Part shown: positions 35,689-47,858 of the stretch, in pieces | Numbering within the stretch: position 1 is the first letter of the stretch | Layout: every line of letters begins with the position of its first letter | NCBI GenBank assembly: GCA_008632985.1 | Contig: QPGO01000004.1 | Coordinates: forward strand, 868,001 to 932,000 | DNA: 64,000 bases | Direction: 5' to 3' | DNA from: Psammoneis japonica | Taxonomy: Eukaryota | Position numbers and translations under genes: made by a program | Notes under the pieces: model-generated | What the model was told of the DNA's origin: nothing | What the model saw: only the letters and a program-made list of their open reading frames with translations | The model's database searches: none

Positions 35689-37776
35689 CTAGCGACTGCC
35701 ATGTTGATAGCGTCCGTGTTGTCTTCGCGCAGCTTGTTGAGCGGCGGAAACTCTCTCTCGGATAGCCTCCTGATCATACCCTTCGTCGTAAAGCTGTCTC
35801 TTGAAATCATCGCACAGAATCTCCAACCCTTCTCCAAGAAGCTTGAACTTCATCTCAGCTTCCAATCTGTCGGATTCGGAAAATTCGTCCCCTGCTAGTC
35901 GGTCCGGGTGAAACTCCTTTGCCTTCACCTTGTATGCCTTCTTTATCTCCATTTCGGACGATATTTTGGGGACACCAAAAAGCCCATAAAAATCCGGTCT
36001 CTTTTCTTTCCTTACTTCAAAATCAGCCTTTTCGTATGCAGCTCGAATCCTACTGTCGTCCGCGCCCCATTTTCTCATTAGACCTTGCATATCCTCCAAT
36101 ACCTCCTTGTGCCGTCCTTGTGCATGATATGCCTTCGCTCTTGTAAGCCATGCAGAACGGCTGTCCTGAGCGTAAATAGCGAGAGCGCAGTCTTTTAGTG
36201 CCGCATCATAATTTTTGAGGCGTAAGTAGGCTTCAGCTCTTTCTGAATGAAGCTTTCCATAGATTGGCGCTTTCGGGGGTATTGGCGACGCTCTCTCCAA
36301 CGACGCCGTAAACTTGTCGACCGCAAGGTCAAACTTTCGAGTAAAGAAAGCCTTCTGAGCTTCTTTGGTGAACCCACACACATCCCGACATTGTTTGAGG
36401 GTATTCTTGGCTCGGGAGCAATCGGGATCAAGACGGATTGACTCTCGCAATAGAGACATGCTGTTATCGAACTCCCCCATAAGGTACATACAGCAACCAC
36501 GAACCTCATAGCCCTCTGCAGAACGATTATCAGCCCTAATGGCTTGAAGCGAGAACCTGAGCGCGGACTCTGTGAGGCCCAAACCACAATCGGCCCAGGC
36601 AGCTCCCAGAACCACGGAAATAGCGCTTGTTTCCAACATCAACTTTCCAAAAGTGGCCTTTGCAGCAGCAAAGTCACTTTGTTTCAAAAGCACCATACCC
36701 TTGGAATATTTCTCAAGCATCGTCTTCGTCCAGGACAGGCGAGCTCGAAGGATTGGCGAACTTGGATTCATCACACAGCCTTCTCTCAAAAAGGAGAAAG
36801 CTTCCTCAAATCTTCCAAGCTCTGTGAGAGCCTTAGCTTTTCGGATGTAGGCTTTCTCATAGCCAGAATCAAGATGAATTGCAGCTTCACAATCTTCTAT
36901 GCAATGTTCAAAACTACGAAGCTCCAGGTACGCAGCCGCCCGATTTGCTCGGAGGGCCGACACGATCTTTTTGTCTGCGACGTCATCTTCTGGGCGTTCG
37001 CCTTCTTTGGGTGAAGAAGTTGAAGATAAAGAATCATCCATCACAGACAAACCTTTGGAATACAAATCTCGTGCTTCAACAAAGTTGCGAGTAGAAAACT
37101 TTTCATTGGCCTCCTCCTTAAACGACTGAGCTAAATTGCGTCTGTTTGCTCGATGTCCTCGCAGTCTTGCTAGGTCCGCCTCAGTGTTCTTTGACACTGC
37201 TGGGTCTAGTTGTGAGCTTTTTTGTGTTTGGTTATCATCACAGGCATCCACCACTGCATCTTCTATCACGCCATCGTTCTCCGCCTTTCGCCGCTTACTA
37301 CAAGATGTCTTTTCTTTTTCCGTCCAATCTGTGAGACTCTGATGTGCGGTTGCCGATACTAGGTGTTCTTGTACGTCTCCGTAGTCGCCCTCCCATTGAC
37401 ATCCATGCCTTTCATATAACGGGCATTTCACCTTGACGCGCCGCAACACCCGGTAAGCTAGGGGCTGAACTTCTTCCAGCAGTCGGGCGTCTACGCCTTG
37501 CTTGCCAATCATCATGGACTTGGTCCTCCCATCAGTATGAGCTAAATCAGCATTACACGTTGGACACCGCTTCTGCGAAGAGTCCTCTGAGAAGTAGGAC
37601 TGTGCGTCAAGTTGTTTTGGACGGTTGATCCAGCTCCCGAGGCATTGACGGCAGAAAACATGGGAGCAACTTGTTGTTACGAGCGCATCAAGCCCGCAGA
37701 GATTCTGGCAAATAGCGCAAAGAAAGGGACCATGATGACTCTCATCAGAGAGGACGTTTCCTAATTCAAAGCCCAT
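35689..37776 (-). CDS. RING/TRAF-like Zn finger fused to a TPR + J-domain co-chaperone (DNAJC7-like)
   Basis: CAIC..CSHVFCRQC..CPTC RING, VKCP..GCQW.G..H, TPR repeats, and J-domain DFY..EIKKAY..HPD. Confidence 0.9.
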   Translation of the reverse strand: MGFELGNVLSDESHHGPFLCAICQNLCGLDALVTTSCSHVFCRQCLGSWINRPKQLDAQSYFSEDSSQKRCPTCNADLAHTDGRTKSMMIGKQGVDARLLEEVQPLAYRVLRRVKVKCPLYERHGCQWEGDYGDVQEHLVSATAHQSLTDWTEKEKTSCSKRRKAENDGVIEDAVVDACDDNQTQKSSQLDPAVSKNTEADLARLRGHRANRRNLAQSFKEEANEKFSTRNFVEARDLYSKGLSVMDDSLSSTSSPKEGERPEDDVADKKIVSALRANRAAAYLELRSFEHCIEDCEAAIHLDSGYEKAYIRKAKALTELGRFEEAFSFLREGCVMNPSSPILRARLSWTKTMLEKYSKGMVLLKQSDFAAAKATFGKLMLETSAISVVLGAAWADCGLGLTESALRFSLQAIRADNRSAEGYEVRGCCMYLMGEFDNSMSLLRESIRLDPDCSRAKNTLKQCRDVCGFTKEAQKAFFTRKFDLAVDKFTASLERASPIPPKAPIYGKLHSERAEAYLRLKNYDAALKDCALAIYAQDSRSAWLTRAKAYHAQGRHKEVLEDMQGLMRKWGADDSRIRAAYEKADFEVRKEKRPDFYGLFGVPKISSEMEIKKAYKVKAKEFHPDRLAGDEFSESDRLEAEMKFKLLGEGLEILCDDFKRQLYDEGYDQEAIRERVSAAQQAARRQHGRYQHGSR

Positions 37777-38037
37777 TCTTTGTTTTGATGACTTCTTCGA
37801 AAGACCTTTTCCATCGTTGTTGGTATCATCTTCCTGCCGATCGACTTCTTTCGAACCACGACAACGAACAACGTGTATTACTGTAGCATGTGTATTTCAG
37901 AAGCGCCCGTTTGGGCCCTGGCGACTTCGATTCATTCGATCACAGAGCAGCTAGATAGAGTCGAAACTTTATGAAATCGGTGTGAGTCTACGTTCATAGC
38001 TTCTACTAATCTTACCATAGACTCGTACTCCTCCAGG

Positions 38038-39772
38038 CTACAATCGATAGCCACGTTGGATATTCCCATTGCGGCCTGCACCTCTACCACCGCTGCGGTT
38101 ATGCTGGCTTTGCGGGGGTCCCCGCCGCGAATTGTTTCCTCCCCGGTTTCTACCGTCGTATCCACGCCCATAGTCTCTAGGAGGAGGCTGGCTTTGACTA
38201 CGACCACGATACGAATCTCGTGATATATCCCTATCTCGTCCTCTTCGCCCCAATTGTGCATCAACTTCATCCACACTTTGCGTCGTGCAACAAAAGTCAA
38301 ATCGACGCGGTGAGGAAAGTTGGGCGTGTAAAGATAAATCATTGACGAGGAGCTACTTACAGGGACTGCGCTTCAGCTCTCTCAATCTCTTTTACTCCTA
38401 CTTGAGGATCTCGTTTGCACACATCTAGTCCAGGGCGGTTACAGTCGTACCCAGAATGTCCCTGCTGACCGCAATTGAAACAAGTCATCCCATCAAGACC
38501 AACAAACCATTTCATTTCTTTGCACATAAGGTGACCGGTCTTTCTACACACCCAACAACGAGCATGGCGGACATCAACCGCGTATGCCGGCCGACGGCAA
38601 GAGACGCGGTGATGACCATCCTCAAAGCACGTGCCGCATACCATTCGTTTGGCAAGACCCCGTTGTTGATTGCATTCCGAATTTCGGTGACCGGGGACGC
38701 CGCAATTGAAACATATCATTGCCATTGGACAGGCGAACATCTCGTGTCCAGGAGCAGCACAAAGAGGACATGGCTTTTCAATTGCTGCGTTTGGACAAGC
38801 TGCTGCAACTGTTGAAGTGAATACCAAAGAGACAGTCAGCAAATGCCGTGAATGAGGTCACACGAGGCAAACACGAATGCACTCACTGTGACCAATCTGA
38901 CCACATCTAAAGCACTTGGTTGAAATATCCTTCTCCCAGTACCTAGATGGAGCTCCACCCATACTTTTCGGCCGACGCTCAGGTGTTTCAATTGCAAGAG
39001 ATAGGCGCAACGGTCTGCCTTCGAGCGATTTGAGCTCCTCCATACATCTTAACGCAGCCACTTCGGTCTCAAATGTGACGTATGCCCTACCGGCATTCAA
39101 CGAGTCGTCATCACTGTTGAGAATAAGATTCACTTCAGAACACGGGCCAAAGTATTCGCAAGCCCGTTTCAGTGCTTCTTGTTTCGTTGTATAGGCTAAG
39201 TTTACGATTTTCACCTTGCGCCCTGCTGTTGAATCATGAACGGCGTCATTTAGAGATTGCTTTTCCGAACCCGTCTCCGCATCAACATCGGATTCTGAAT
39301 CGTCTCCGTCCATGATAGCAGTATCAATATCGATTTCTCGACCGATCGCTTTATCAATACTTTTCTCTCGCTTTCCAAAGGCTTCTAGGAATTCGTCGTT
39401 GAGCGGTATTGCCTGAGGCGTCTCAATAACATTTCTAGGTCTGTCTGGGTCGAACAAACGCACTGCCCATTTCGATAGTCTTTGCTTTGCGTGCTCCACG
39501 ATATCAACTTCCTTGCTGTCAGTACTTGTCGTGTCACTCCTTTGTAGGGTCGTCATGTCAGCAGACGGAGTTCCCAGTTTTCTTCGCTTTTTCGCTACCG
39601 GATTATTCGGTGTGTCGCTGTCGCCGAAATCAAGAGGCTCATCGCTGCTGTCGCCGTCGCCGAAATCAAGGGGCTCGTCGTCGCTCTCTACACTTCCCAC
39701 TGACGGCTCACTTGCATCGTCGTAATTGGGACAACTTGAATCGTTCATTGCTGCATGTATTGTGGAGGTCAT
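38038..39772 (-). CDS. RRM plus multiple CCHC zinc knuckles (Air1/ZCCHC7-like), 3 exons
   Basis: RNP motifs IVNL and GRAYVTF; repeated CxxCx4Hx4C; RS/RGG-rich tail; introns at about 38810-38877 and 38280-38360. Confidence 0.82.
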
Positions 39773-40149
39773 GAGGTGTTCAACGTGCTTGCGAGTACCG
39801 CTGCTGGTGCCCGTGCGCCATTTTCGACCCGGGTCGCTGTTCGCTGTCGCTTGACGGCGTTAGCCTGCCGATGGACAGACGAACGATGAAAACGTCATCT
39901 ATCGCTAAAAAAGAAAAAAGGCAAAAATTCAACCAGGTTTCGATAATTTCTCGAGAAATTCATCAGAAACTTTGAATGCCGCAGAAATGTTCAAATTGAA
40001 TTTTCGAAATTCGTCGGAGGGAGGTCAAAAAGTCAAATTTGAAAATTGAAAAATGATGGGTTGAGGTTGCGACGATGACGGGAGATGAAGAAGCATCTGA
40101 CTGAAAGTCCAAAAGCCATTATTAAAGTTATCATCCTTTCTGACAAAAG

Positions 40150-40991
40150 ATGTTACCTTTCAGACAACGAGTCTTTGACACATTGAGACGCTGTGGAGCA
40201 AGCAAGGACCGGTGGGTTAAGCATTATCGGTGGCAAAGCAGCTCCGAAAACAACAACAAATCGCCGTCACCGTACGTGGTTCTCAATCTCCGGACAAGTG
40301 CTAGTAAAGATGATATCAAGGCATCATTTCGAAGAGTAAGCTCGCTATCAGCTTGATTGTCATTTCAGAAGTCGCGGGTGTGTCGTCGCTTATCTCTTTC
40401 ACATTCCTCATTGTCGTTTCATTCAAGCTAGCAAAGCAATACCATCCGGATCTGAACCCAGACAATCCTCAAAAAGAAAGCGAATTGAAAATGTCTCAAC
40501 TTATTGATGCATATAATCAACTTATGGACGATGATTTCGGTGGAAGAGTGGGCGACTCGCGTGTTGCGTTGGCTTGTGAAATGTACACGATCGATGAGCT
40601 TCGCATGGATCGTCTGCATGATGTTCATTCCATCATCATTCAATACGACGAAGAGAACAGCACCAGTAAAGACCAAGTTTCAACTGATTCCACAGCGAAT
40701 TTTGATTTGAGCTCCCATTCCTTTGTCCTTGTTACGGCACACGAAGATGACTCCGTATCAGATCTGAAACGACAGCTACAATCGCGCTTCATGGATGATT
40801 GGGGTTTGAGTAATCGACGTACCGACCGAGACGGAATTGCTACGGGCTGGGAATTGGTGACAGACATCGATCAGATGGTATTGAGCTATCACTTATTCCT
40901 TCACAGTTACGCAATCAAGAACAATGACATTATTCACGCCGTGGTTCGACGATACAACGAAGCGGAAAGGGAAGCCGCTGCTTGTTCATAA
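40150..40991 (+). CDS. J-domain protein with a C-terminal ubiquitin-like region, 2 exons
   Basis: PYVVL..ASKDDIKASFR|LAKQYHPD; DSVSDLK...L.SY.I..NDIIHAV. Confidence 0.8.
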
Positions 40992-41021
40992 CCAACAAAG
41001 CGGGCTGGGATAATGTACCGT

Positions 41022-41044
41022 AGAGAGAGAGAGAGAGAGAGAGA
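41022..41044. repeat. (AG)n microsatellite
   Basis: Uninterrupted agagagag run. Confidence 0.9.
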
Positions 41045-41195
41045 AAACAAAAGGGGATAGCGAAGTGAAAACATATTTTGCAAAAAGTGACACGTATCTA
41101 AATTGATTTCTCTCTAGAAAGCAAATGCCATAACGAAATTGCAGTAAAAACTCGGGGTCTAAAGACGAAAGATCACAATTTTGTACATTTCCGAC

Positions 41196-41890
41196 TTAAA
41201 AGAACAAGAAGCCCAAGTAACCAGGCGGGAATCCCAGTGCTGCATAAGCCGCGTAGGTCGCCCCCACCGCCGCCAAACCAAGAGTGCCTGCCAAAGCCGC
41301 AGGGCGTGGTCCAGCTGGAGCGTAAAAGGTGGCTCCAGTCATGAAACCGGCAAACGCAGGAGAGGCAGGTTGAATTGGTCCAGAATAGTTTTCCAGCTCA
41401 TACTGCACTCATTGAAGACAGAAAACGAGTGAGGGACGTGATTCACATGAAAGTCAGCTCGGCCGCAAACAAAGTCTGTTCCACAGAGAAACAAAAATGA
41501 GGAATTACTCACATGATCAGCAGCACCTTCATATAAGGAGTACAGAATCGAGATGACACCGGCGGTATTTCCCCAAATAGACCCGTGTCGACCACAGTGA
41601 TTGAGAACGGAATTCAGCTTGACCTTGAATCGTGATGACGGAGTGTTTCGAAGTCCTTCTCGCAATCCGTAAACTCCACCTCCAAAGCTGATTCCTAACA
41701 GATATGCCATGCCGGTGTTTGCAAACATAGTTACAACAACCCCTCTTCCCTTTTGATCATAATCCAAATAGTCAGGCTGCTGAGGAACGCCGTACGCAGG
41801 CGCCACTGTCGCAAGGTTCAGATTTCCAACATTAAAATCTGGGAGAGGTGCACCTGCGTCTCCCTCGAAGCGGTTTTCACTGTCGTTCAT
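41196..41890 (-). CDS. TIM23: Mitochondrial inner membrane translocase subunit Tim23, 2 exons
   Basis: TGMAYLLG...GLREG...KLNSVLN..GRHGS.WGN.AG; intron at about 41405-41511. Confidence 0.9.
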
Positions 41891-42408
41891 TTTTTGTGCT
41901 CGATTTCCAGTCTGGTGAGTTTTCGGACAAAGCTGTCTCTCGTTCTTACAATAACAGATGAGATGTCGGCTGCGGCTAACGATTGTAGCAAGCAACTCTC
42001 TCGTTGCTTAGCACCGTTGCTCTGCGATGCTCGACCCACGTCCCACTCTCGAACATCGAACATCGATGATGAGGCGCGAAAAAGGCGGGAAAAATGCGTG
42101 GCGCGTGTGGCGGTGGTGGCGGGAAAACGGCCGACGTACGTACAGAAAGTGATTGATATGATCGATGATTCATCCGATCGCATCGTTGCCTTTGGGGACC
42201 ACGTCAGCAACGGGGGCAATAGCGTGCGTCTCGCCACGAAACCACCAGTGCTCCTGCGGATGCCTTCCTTCTCGCTCAGCGACCACTTCAAGAAGTGCGG
42301 AACACGCTTGAATGCAAATACAAACGATCTTTTGCATCCTTCAACGAAAACAAAATCACAACACTTTTTGGCGACTCTTGGCGCCGCTTGCTAGTTGTCA
42401 ACAGAGTA

Positions 42409-43400
42409 ATGCAGTCCTCAAGCGTACCGCGCAGTAGTTATGTATTTGTTGCACGACGAGATAGAGCTTCTGCGGTCAGAGTTGAAAACGCGAACACCCC
42501 AACTAGGAATGTTGCTTTTCTCTGTGGATTGATCTCGGGCGTTTCTCAGGCTGGTATTTTTAACCCGTATGATCGAGCTTTGTATCTAAGCATCAAGAAT
42601 GAAACCCCCTTTTTAACCGTTGAGAACTTTCGGAGACCCTACCAAGGACTCGTTCAGTCTCTCTGTGGCAGGTCCGTGTCGGGTGGATTGTAAGTCGATG
42701 TGTTGGACGTGCTAAATCGAATGGCAAAAATGTAACGGGGTCTCACATGCTGATTTGCTTTCTATCGATCAGATATTTTCCTCTTGAACATATTTTCAAG
42801 TCCTTGGTGCCTCTTGATGGAGGGGCATTCGCCAATTTCATGGCCGGTACTTCTGCGGGTGCTGCTAACGCGTTCCTACTCAACCCGATTTCAGCGCTCA
42901 AATACAAAACCTGGGGCAGAGAAGTCAACCGAGGTATGATGGTTGAAGCCAAATCAATGCTTCGGAATGGTGGCATTCGGCCTTTTTGCAATGGTTTAAC
43001 CCCGACGTTCATCCGGGATGTATTGTTTGGTGGATCCTACACCTTTTTGAGGCTTCAAGCGCAGGAACTAGGGCTCCCCCGTGAACACCAATGGGTTGCA
43101 AACTTTGGTGCAGCGGCTATAGCAACGATTGTCAGCGGCCCTTTCAACTTGGCAAGAAACATACAATACGGAACGAGAACAACTGCTGAGGCGCCTACTG
43201 TCATGATGATTTTGTTCAATCTCGCACATGAAGTACGCTCGAAACCTGTGTTTACGGAGAAGTTGTTGCATCTCCAGAAACGTTTGAGGATTGGTTGGGG
43301 TACGGCACGCGTTGCTTTTGGTATGGCGTTTGCTAACCACGTTTACGATTCGATGATGAACCAGTTTGAAGCCTTGCCTTCGTTTGAACAAGTGCGCTGA
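42409..43400 (+). CDS. Mitochondrial carrier family protein, 2 exons
   Basis: Three Px[D/E]xx[K/R]-like repeats (PYDRA, PISALK, PFNLAR) and GLTPTFIRDVLFG. Confidence 0.85.
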
Positions 43401-44191
43401 ATACGTCTATTTCTCGTCTGCTCTTTGACGAGCGCATTTAAGCTTTTTGCGGGGCTTGCATGTTGCCAGTTTCTAATCCTTGCAGTGGCTTTTGAAAGAA
43501 AAAAGTGCCAAGGCGATGGAAAATTTGTATGCGTTCACCGCTGAATGCCTCGGCTCGCGGAACATGTCGACGGCCTCCAATCATGAACTGTCATTCATCC
43601 ATGTTTGTCTTTTGGAGAATGCTTGTCGTCGGCATGATTCCTCCCTGTACCGTTTTCCGAAGATATTGCTGAGCTTCTATTGCAACTTCTTAGTCCACAG
43701 AGTATACTGATACCACGCCTAGAAGACAACAAAAACCCACCATCACAACGGAACGGCGCCAGAATCAGAGGGAGCGGAATTTAGGCATAATGAATTTATA
43801 TATTGATTTTAATGTACGTATACATACCAAGCAATATATTGTTAGAGGACCAAAAAACACATTCACGCACTATGAGCATTACAGTTGCTTGAGCTGGCAC
43901 ATGACTAATAATGATATGGGGCTACATTAAAGAACAATACAGGGTCATTTTGATATGTACATTGTTCGATAATGGAGGAAATACAAGTTTTAAAAAATTT
44001 CGAAACGACGAGAATGACCAGTTCAGCGGGAATCAGTACTGAACCCAAGAACCCAGAACTCGCTTTCATTTCTTTCCAGTTTCCATTTATTCCCCTGATC
44101 TTCCCACTCCCTCAGTTGCTCTCATGCAACCGCATCTTTTAGCCGCAACAACAAGTAACTTCATTTGAAACGATTGTTTCCAGTGTTTTGA

Positions 44192-45658
44192 ATGGAAGAA
44201 AAACGTCCTTCACTAAAGGAAAGGATGATGGAACCAGATCCGTCTCCGCCCATCTCGCCCGTCTCTCCATATTTTGTCAGAAGCGATTCGGCGGAGGAAG
44301 ACGATGTCACCACTGACAACGGCCTGGCCTTTCCAGTATCAAAGGAAGTCCTGTTTGGACAAGAACGGTCTCCATTGTATCGTTCTAGTCTGACGGAACG
44401 GAAAGACGAAGGCGTTGAGTTCATGAAGATCACACCCTGGCAGCGTCACAACATGGTTGTCTCATCGCAAACGTGGATCAAGGTATTGAGCCTACTCACC
44501 GCCGCGCTCTTTATTGACGTCATTATCTTGAGCATTTACCTTTACAAAGGTCCTTACGTTGGACAACCACGGATAGTGCACGTGCCATTGGTCGTAAAAG
44601 AGTCCGGAGCAGAGTGGCAACTACTTCCACGTGAAGATACGGTCATTAATTCAATCGCCTTTGGAAGCTCTTCGTCCCAAGAAAGGCCCCAGCCTCACTG
44701 GGACACTCTCTCAATTTTTGATCCAGACTTGGTGGTCCTTGCTGGAGACTTTGTGTACGGGAATTGCACCGACGCCAACTGCACCGAGCTCCGAAACGCA
44801 TATGCTGAATGGTCCTCCCACCCGTCGTTTGTGGGAGCAAAAGGATCCCTTCCTATTATTGCGACAATGGATGACAACGATTATGGTATGAATGATGCAG
44901 ACACAAACAATCCATACAAGGACGTGGCCAAGCAGCTGTTTCTTGATTTCTTTCAGATCACCGACGAAAGGAGAAGCAGAGCTGGGGATGGAGTATACAA
45001 GTCATACGAATGGGGTCCCGAAGGCCAACGAGTCCAACTGATACTGCTCGATACAAGATTCTCCCGTTCACCGTTTCTATCTACCGACATGTACAATCTC
45101 CCGGGAAAAGAGCGCTACAGACCAGATTACAATGATGCTGACAAGCGAATGTTGTCGGAAGGCCAATGGCTGTGGCTTGAGTCTCAGTTGGTTCGTCCGA
45201 CCAATGTCCGATTGATTGTCAGTTCCATTCAAGTCTTGGCAGAGGGGACCGGATTTGAATGCTGGCGCATGCTCCCGCACGAGCGCAATCGCTTGCTGTC
45301 TGCACTCGGGGACAACGCACCTGGTACAGCGACCGCCATTTTGTCTGGAGACCGCCTTGTGGGCGGCTTCTACCAGCGTGATGGTCTTATAGAGGTCACC
45401 TCATCATCATGGACGCACACAATCCCAGAGGGAGTGGGTCGCGTATGCAGTAGATCGGGAAGTTGCGACGAAGTTGATCCTCGCCGTATTGGCGACTTGA
45501 TTCACGAGAACAACTTTGGCTCGGTCGAACTGGATTGGGAAGAAAAAGTGATGACCCTAGCAATCAGACGGGTCGATCCCTCACCTCAAAGCCGAAGGCC
45601 TCACACTTCCGCAGATAGTGGGGAAGTGATCCAGTCAATCGAAGTGCCTATCCCATAG
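44192..45658 (+). CDS. PhoD-like phosphatase with N-terminal membrane anchor (degenerate metal ligands)
   Basis: IAFGSS, GDFVY, DDNDYGMND, LLDTR, QWLWLE..L, SSIQ, LSGDR, EVTSS and NFG motifs. Confidence 0.88.
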   Translation: MEEKRPSLKERMMEPDPSPPISPVSPYFVRSDSAEEDDVTTDNGLAFPVSKEVLFGQERSPLYRSSLTERKDEGVEFMKITPWQRHNMVVSSQTWIKVLSLLTAALFIDVIILSIYLYKGPYVGQPRIVHVPLVVKESGAEWQLLPREDTVINSIAFGSSSSQERPQPHWDTLSIFDPDLVVLAGDFVYGNCTDANCTELRNAYAEWSSHPSFVGAKGSLPIIATMDDNDYGMNDADTNNPYKDVAKQLFLDFFQITDERRSRAGDGVYKSYEWGPEGQRVQLILLDTRFSRSPFLSTDMYNLPGKERYRPDYNDADKRMLSEGQWLWLESQLVRPTNVRLIVSSIQVLAEGTGFECWRMLPHERNRLLSALGDNAPGTATAILSGDRLVGGFYQRDGLIEVTSSSWTHTIPEGVGRVCSRSGSCDEVDPRRIGDLIHENNFGSVELDWEEKVMTLAIRRVDPSPQSRRPHTSADSGEVIQSIEVPIP

Positions 45659-45700
45659 GTATACTACAAAGGGAATTCATCTTAATGCATTAAAGTTAAT

Positions 45701-46882
45701 CTACGCTGATGCAATAATGTAGATAGATTTACGCCCTGCATTCCATTGTTTCTCCTGTTGATGTTGTGCGTTGTCGTTTACAAGGCCAGTTTCCAATACC
45801 CGAATCTCGCTCCTTTGAAGACTTTCTGTCAAAATTGTACAATATTCCTCGAAAGGCTTTTCGGCCTCCAAGATACAAGACACGTCCATGCAGGATATCG
45901 GTGGCTTAACGTGAGTTGGCTTGCTCGATTGCTGAATGGTTGTGCACTCGGCTTTAAAGTGTCCAACTATTCCACACCTCCAGCAGGGAAAAGAGGAAAA
46001 AACTTCTTTGATTGCAGCAGTACGCTCATCGTGATCTAAAGGAAGCAAATCACAGGCAGTCACATAGTGCGATGAGCTATGGCATAAAGGACACGGGAGT
46101 TTACGACCACGTCCGATTGCCTGGTCTCTTCTCTCCATTGCCTCCAAGCGAATCTGTCGTTGGTCTGGCGTTTCGTAAAGGGGGATCTCAATGGTTCTAG
46201 AAATACTTTCCTTCTTACTTGTAACAGCGCGCGGTAGACAGCATGGCGCCAAGCACAGAAAAGGACATTTTGCTGGACCCAGTCCATTCACCAAGCCGAT
46301 ACAAGCAGGCGAAAGCATTTTACACAAGTGAATGCCAATCATTGCCAAGGGTGAAGGTAGCGAGTTGAATCGATCAAAAAGAATGTCCGATTCGTGTAAG
46401 TTGCATCGCTCCCAAGTTTCGATATGGGGTCGATGGTCAGCCTCGCATGATTCATTGGCGGCCATGATGTGACTCCAATCAATTGGTGCCTTGTCCAGCA
46501 TGACGATTCTACCGACTCGATTATCCCCTTGAAAAACGTACGAGCAAAGCATCGAGAAGACGCCTTTCCCACAACAAACATCAACCACTGTCACCGGTTC
46601 CACTTTAGCAGAGGACTTCTCCATCCATTCTAACAACGAGGTCAAGGCAACAATCGATTCTTCAACTTCGTGCAACAAGCTCGATTTGTTGAGCAAAGCT
46701 TGCCATCCGGTTTGTCCACCCCACTCGTGCCCCCATTTTCTCAATATCGATATGACATGCTGAGTCACGGCTTGACAGCGCTGGCTCTCATGCAGAGAAG
46801 ATGACAGTCCGTTCTCTTCCAAACGAGCAGCGGCCTTCCACACCCGCCAATACGACCCTGGTGTCTCAGTTTCGTCCACCAT
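45701..46882 (-). CDS. SAM-dependent methyltransferase-like protein with two CCHC knuckles
   Basis: VVDVCCGKG motif I, IGIHLC..LS, LAPCC; CPLC..H..C and CWRC..GH...C. Confidence 0.85.
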   Translation of the reverse strand: MVDETETPGSYWRVWKAAARLEENGLSSSLHESQRCQAVTQHVISILRKWGHEWGGQTGWQALLNKSSLLHEVEESIVALTSLLEWMEKSSAKVEPVTVVDVCCGKGVFSMLCSYVFQGDNRVGRIVMLDKAPIDWSHIMAANESCEADHRPHIETWERCNLHESDILFDRFNSLPSPLAMIGIHLCKMLSPACIGLVNGLGPAKCPFLCLAPCCLPRAVTSKKESISRTIEIPLYETPDQRQIRLEAMERRDQAIGRGRKLPCPLCHSSSHYVTACDLLPLDHDERTAAIKEVFSSFPCWRCGIVGHFKAECTTIQQSSKPTHVKPPISCMDVSCILEAEKPFEEYCTILTESLQRSEIRVLETGLVNDNAQHQQEKQWNAGRKSIYIIASA

Positions 46883-47858
46883 GGTTTTGGTTTGCAGTTT
46901 TTGCACCGCCTCGCACCTCTTTCACAGCCACAACATGGCGCTCAACGCGCGCTTTGAATTCCGCGCCCGTTTCACTTGGGACTGACGTTGCTGTGGTCCC
47001 GCCACCCTTTGCCATCTCTTTCCCCCGCATGCCTTTACCATCATCTCTCTCCGATCCGGCAGCTACTTCGATGCCTCCTGCTGCACCTCATGTCTCTCAT
47101 ACCTTCCGCTCTGCACAGGCACTCTTTACTCTCAGTAAAAAAATCCACAGATCAGATCATGATGAATGTGCGAATGATGCCAAAGAGATCACAATGCGTG
47201 GTCGTTGCAGGGGGTCTCTTTAGAATGGATGTCAGTGCCACGAAAAGATGCTGCACTGAAAGCATGTTGGTTCTGTGGTGTCTTTTCAGAGGGTGCATCA
47301 ACCCGGGTGTGCCATGCACTGAAGAAGGAGTGCAGGAGATGGAGTCACCAAAACATGAGTTGCTGCTCCAGCCCACGCACTTTGATGAACGGCTGTGTCT
47401 CACTGTCTTCATGAGCATCACATGAGGACATTGTGGTTGGCATCATTCATCAAAAATGTGCCATCATCTTAAATGAGCTGCTCTCAAGAAGGTGGGTGTC
47501 CACAGCTCTCTTGCTCTGCCCGCGTCCCTGCTGCCAAGAGACGAGGAGCTCGACAGCACATTTCTCACTTTTGTCAGCATCAACTTGATCACAGACCTCT
47601 TTGGCTTGACAGTGGTCTTTTGACAGTGCCCACTGATGTGGCCCAGCACAATTCACAGATGGGGCATCATCAACACTTTGAAACAAGCTTCAAAATCTTG
47701 TCCAGCCAACTCTTTTTTTGTCCTCTTCCACCTTCTTTGTGCGCAAAGCCTTCAAATGATGGCCAGCACACCTTTGCAACACCTGCTCAATGGCAAGGCA
47801 ACTGCAGAGCACAAAACAACAACGGACAATGAAGAAACTGCAAGTTCTTGAAGATGAG

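Noticed and set aside
39620..39685. Short direct repeat
   Set aside because: It is a coding repeat (DEPLDFGD twice) inside the RRM/CCHC gene.
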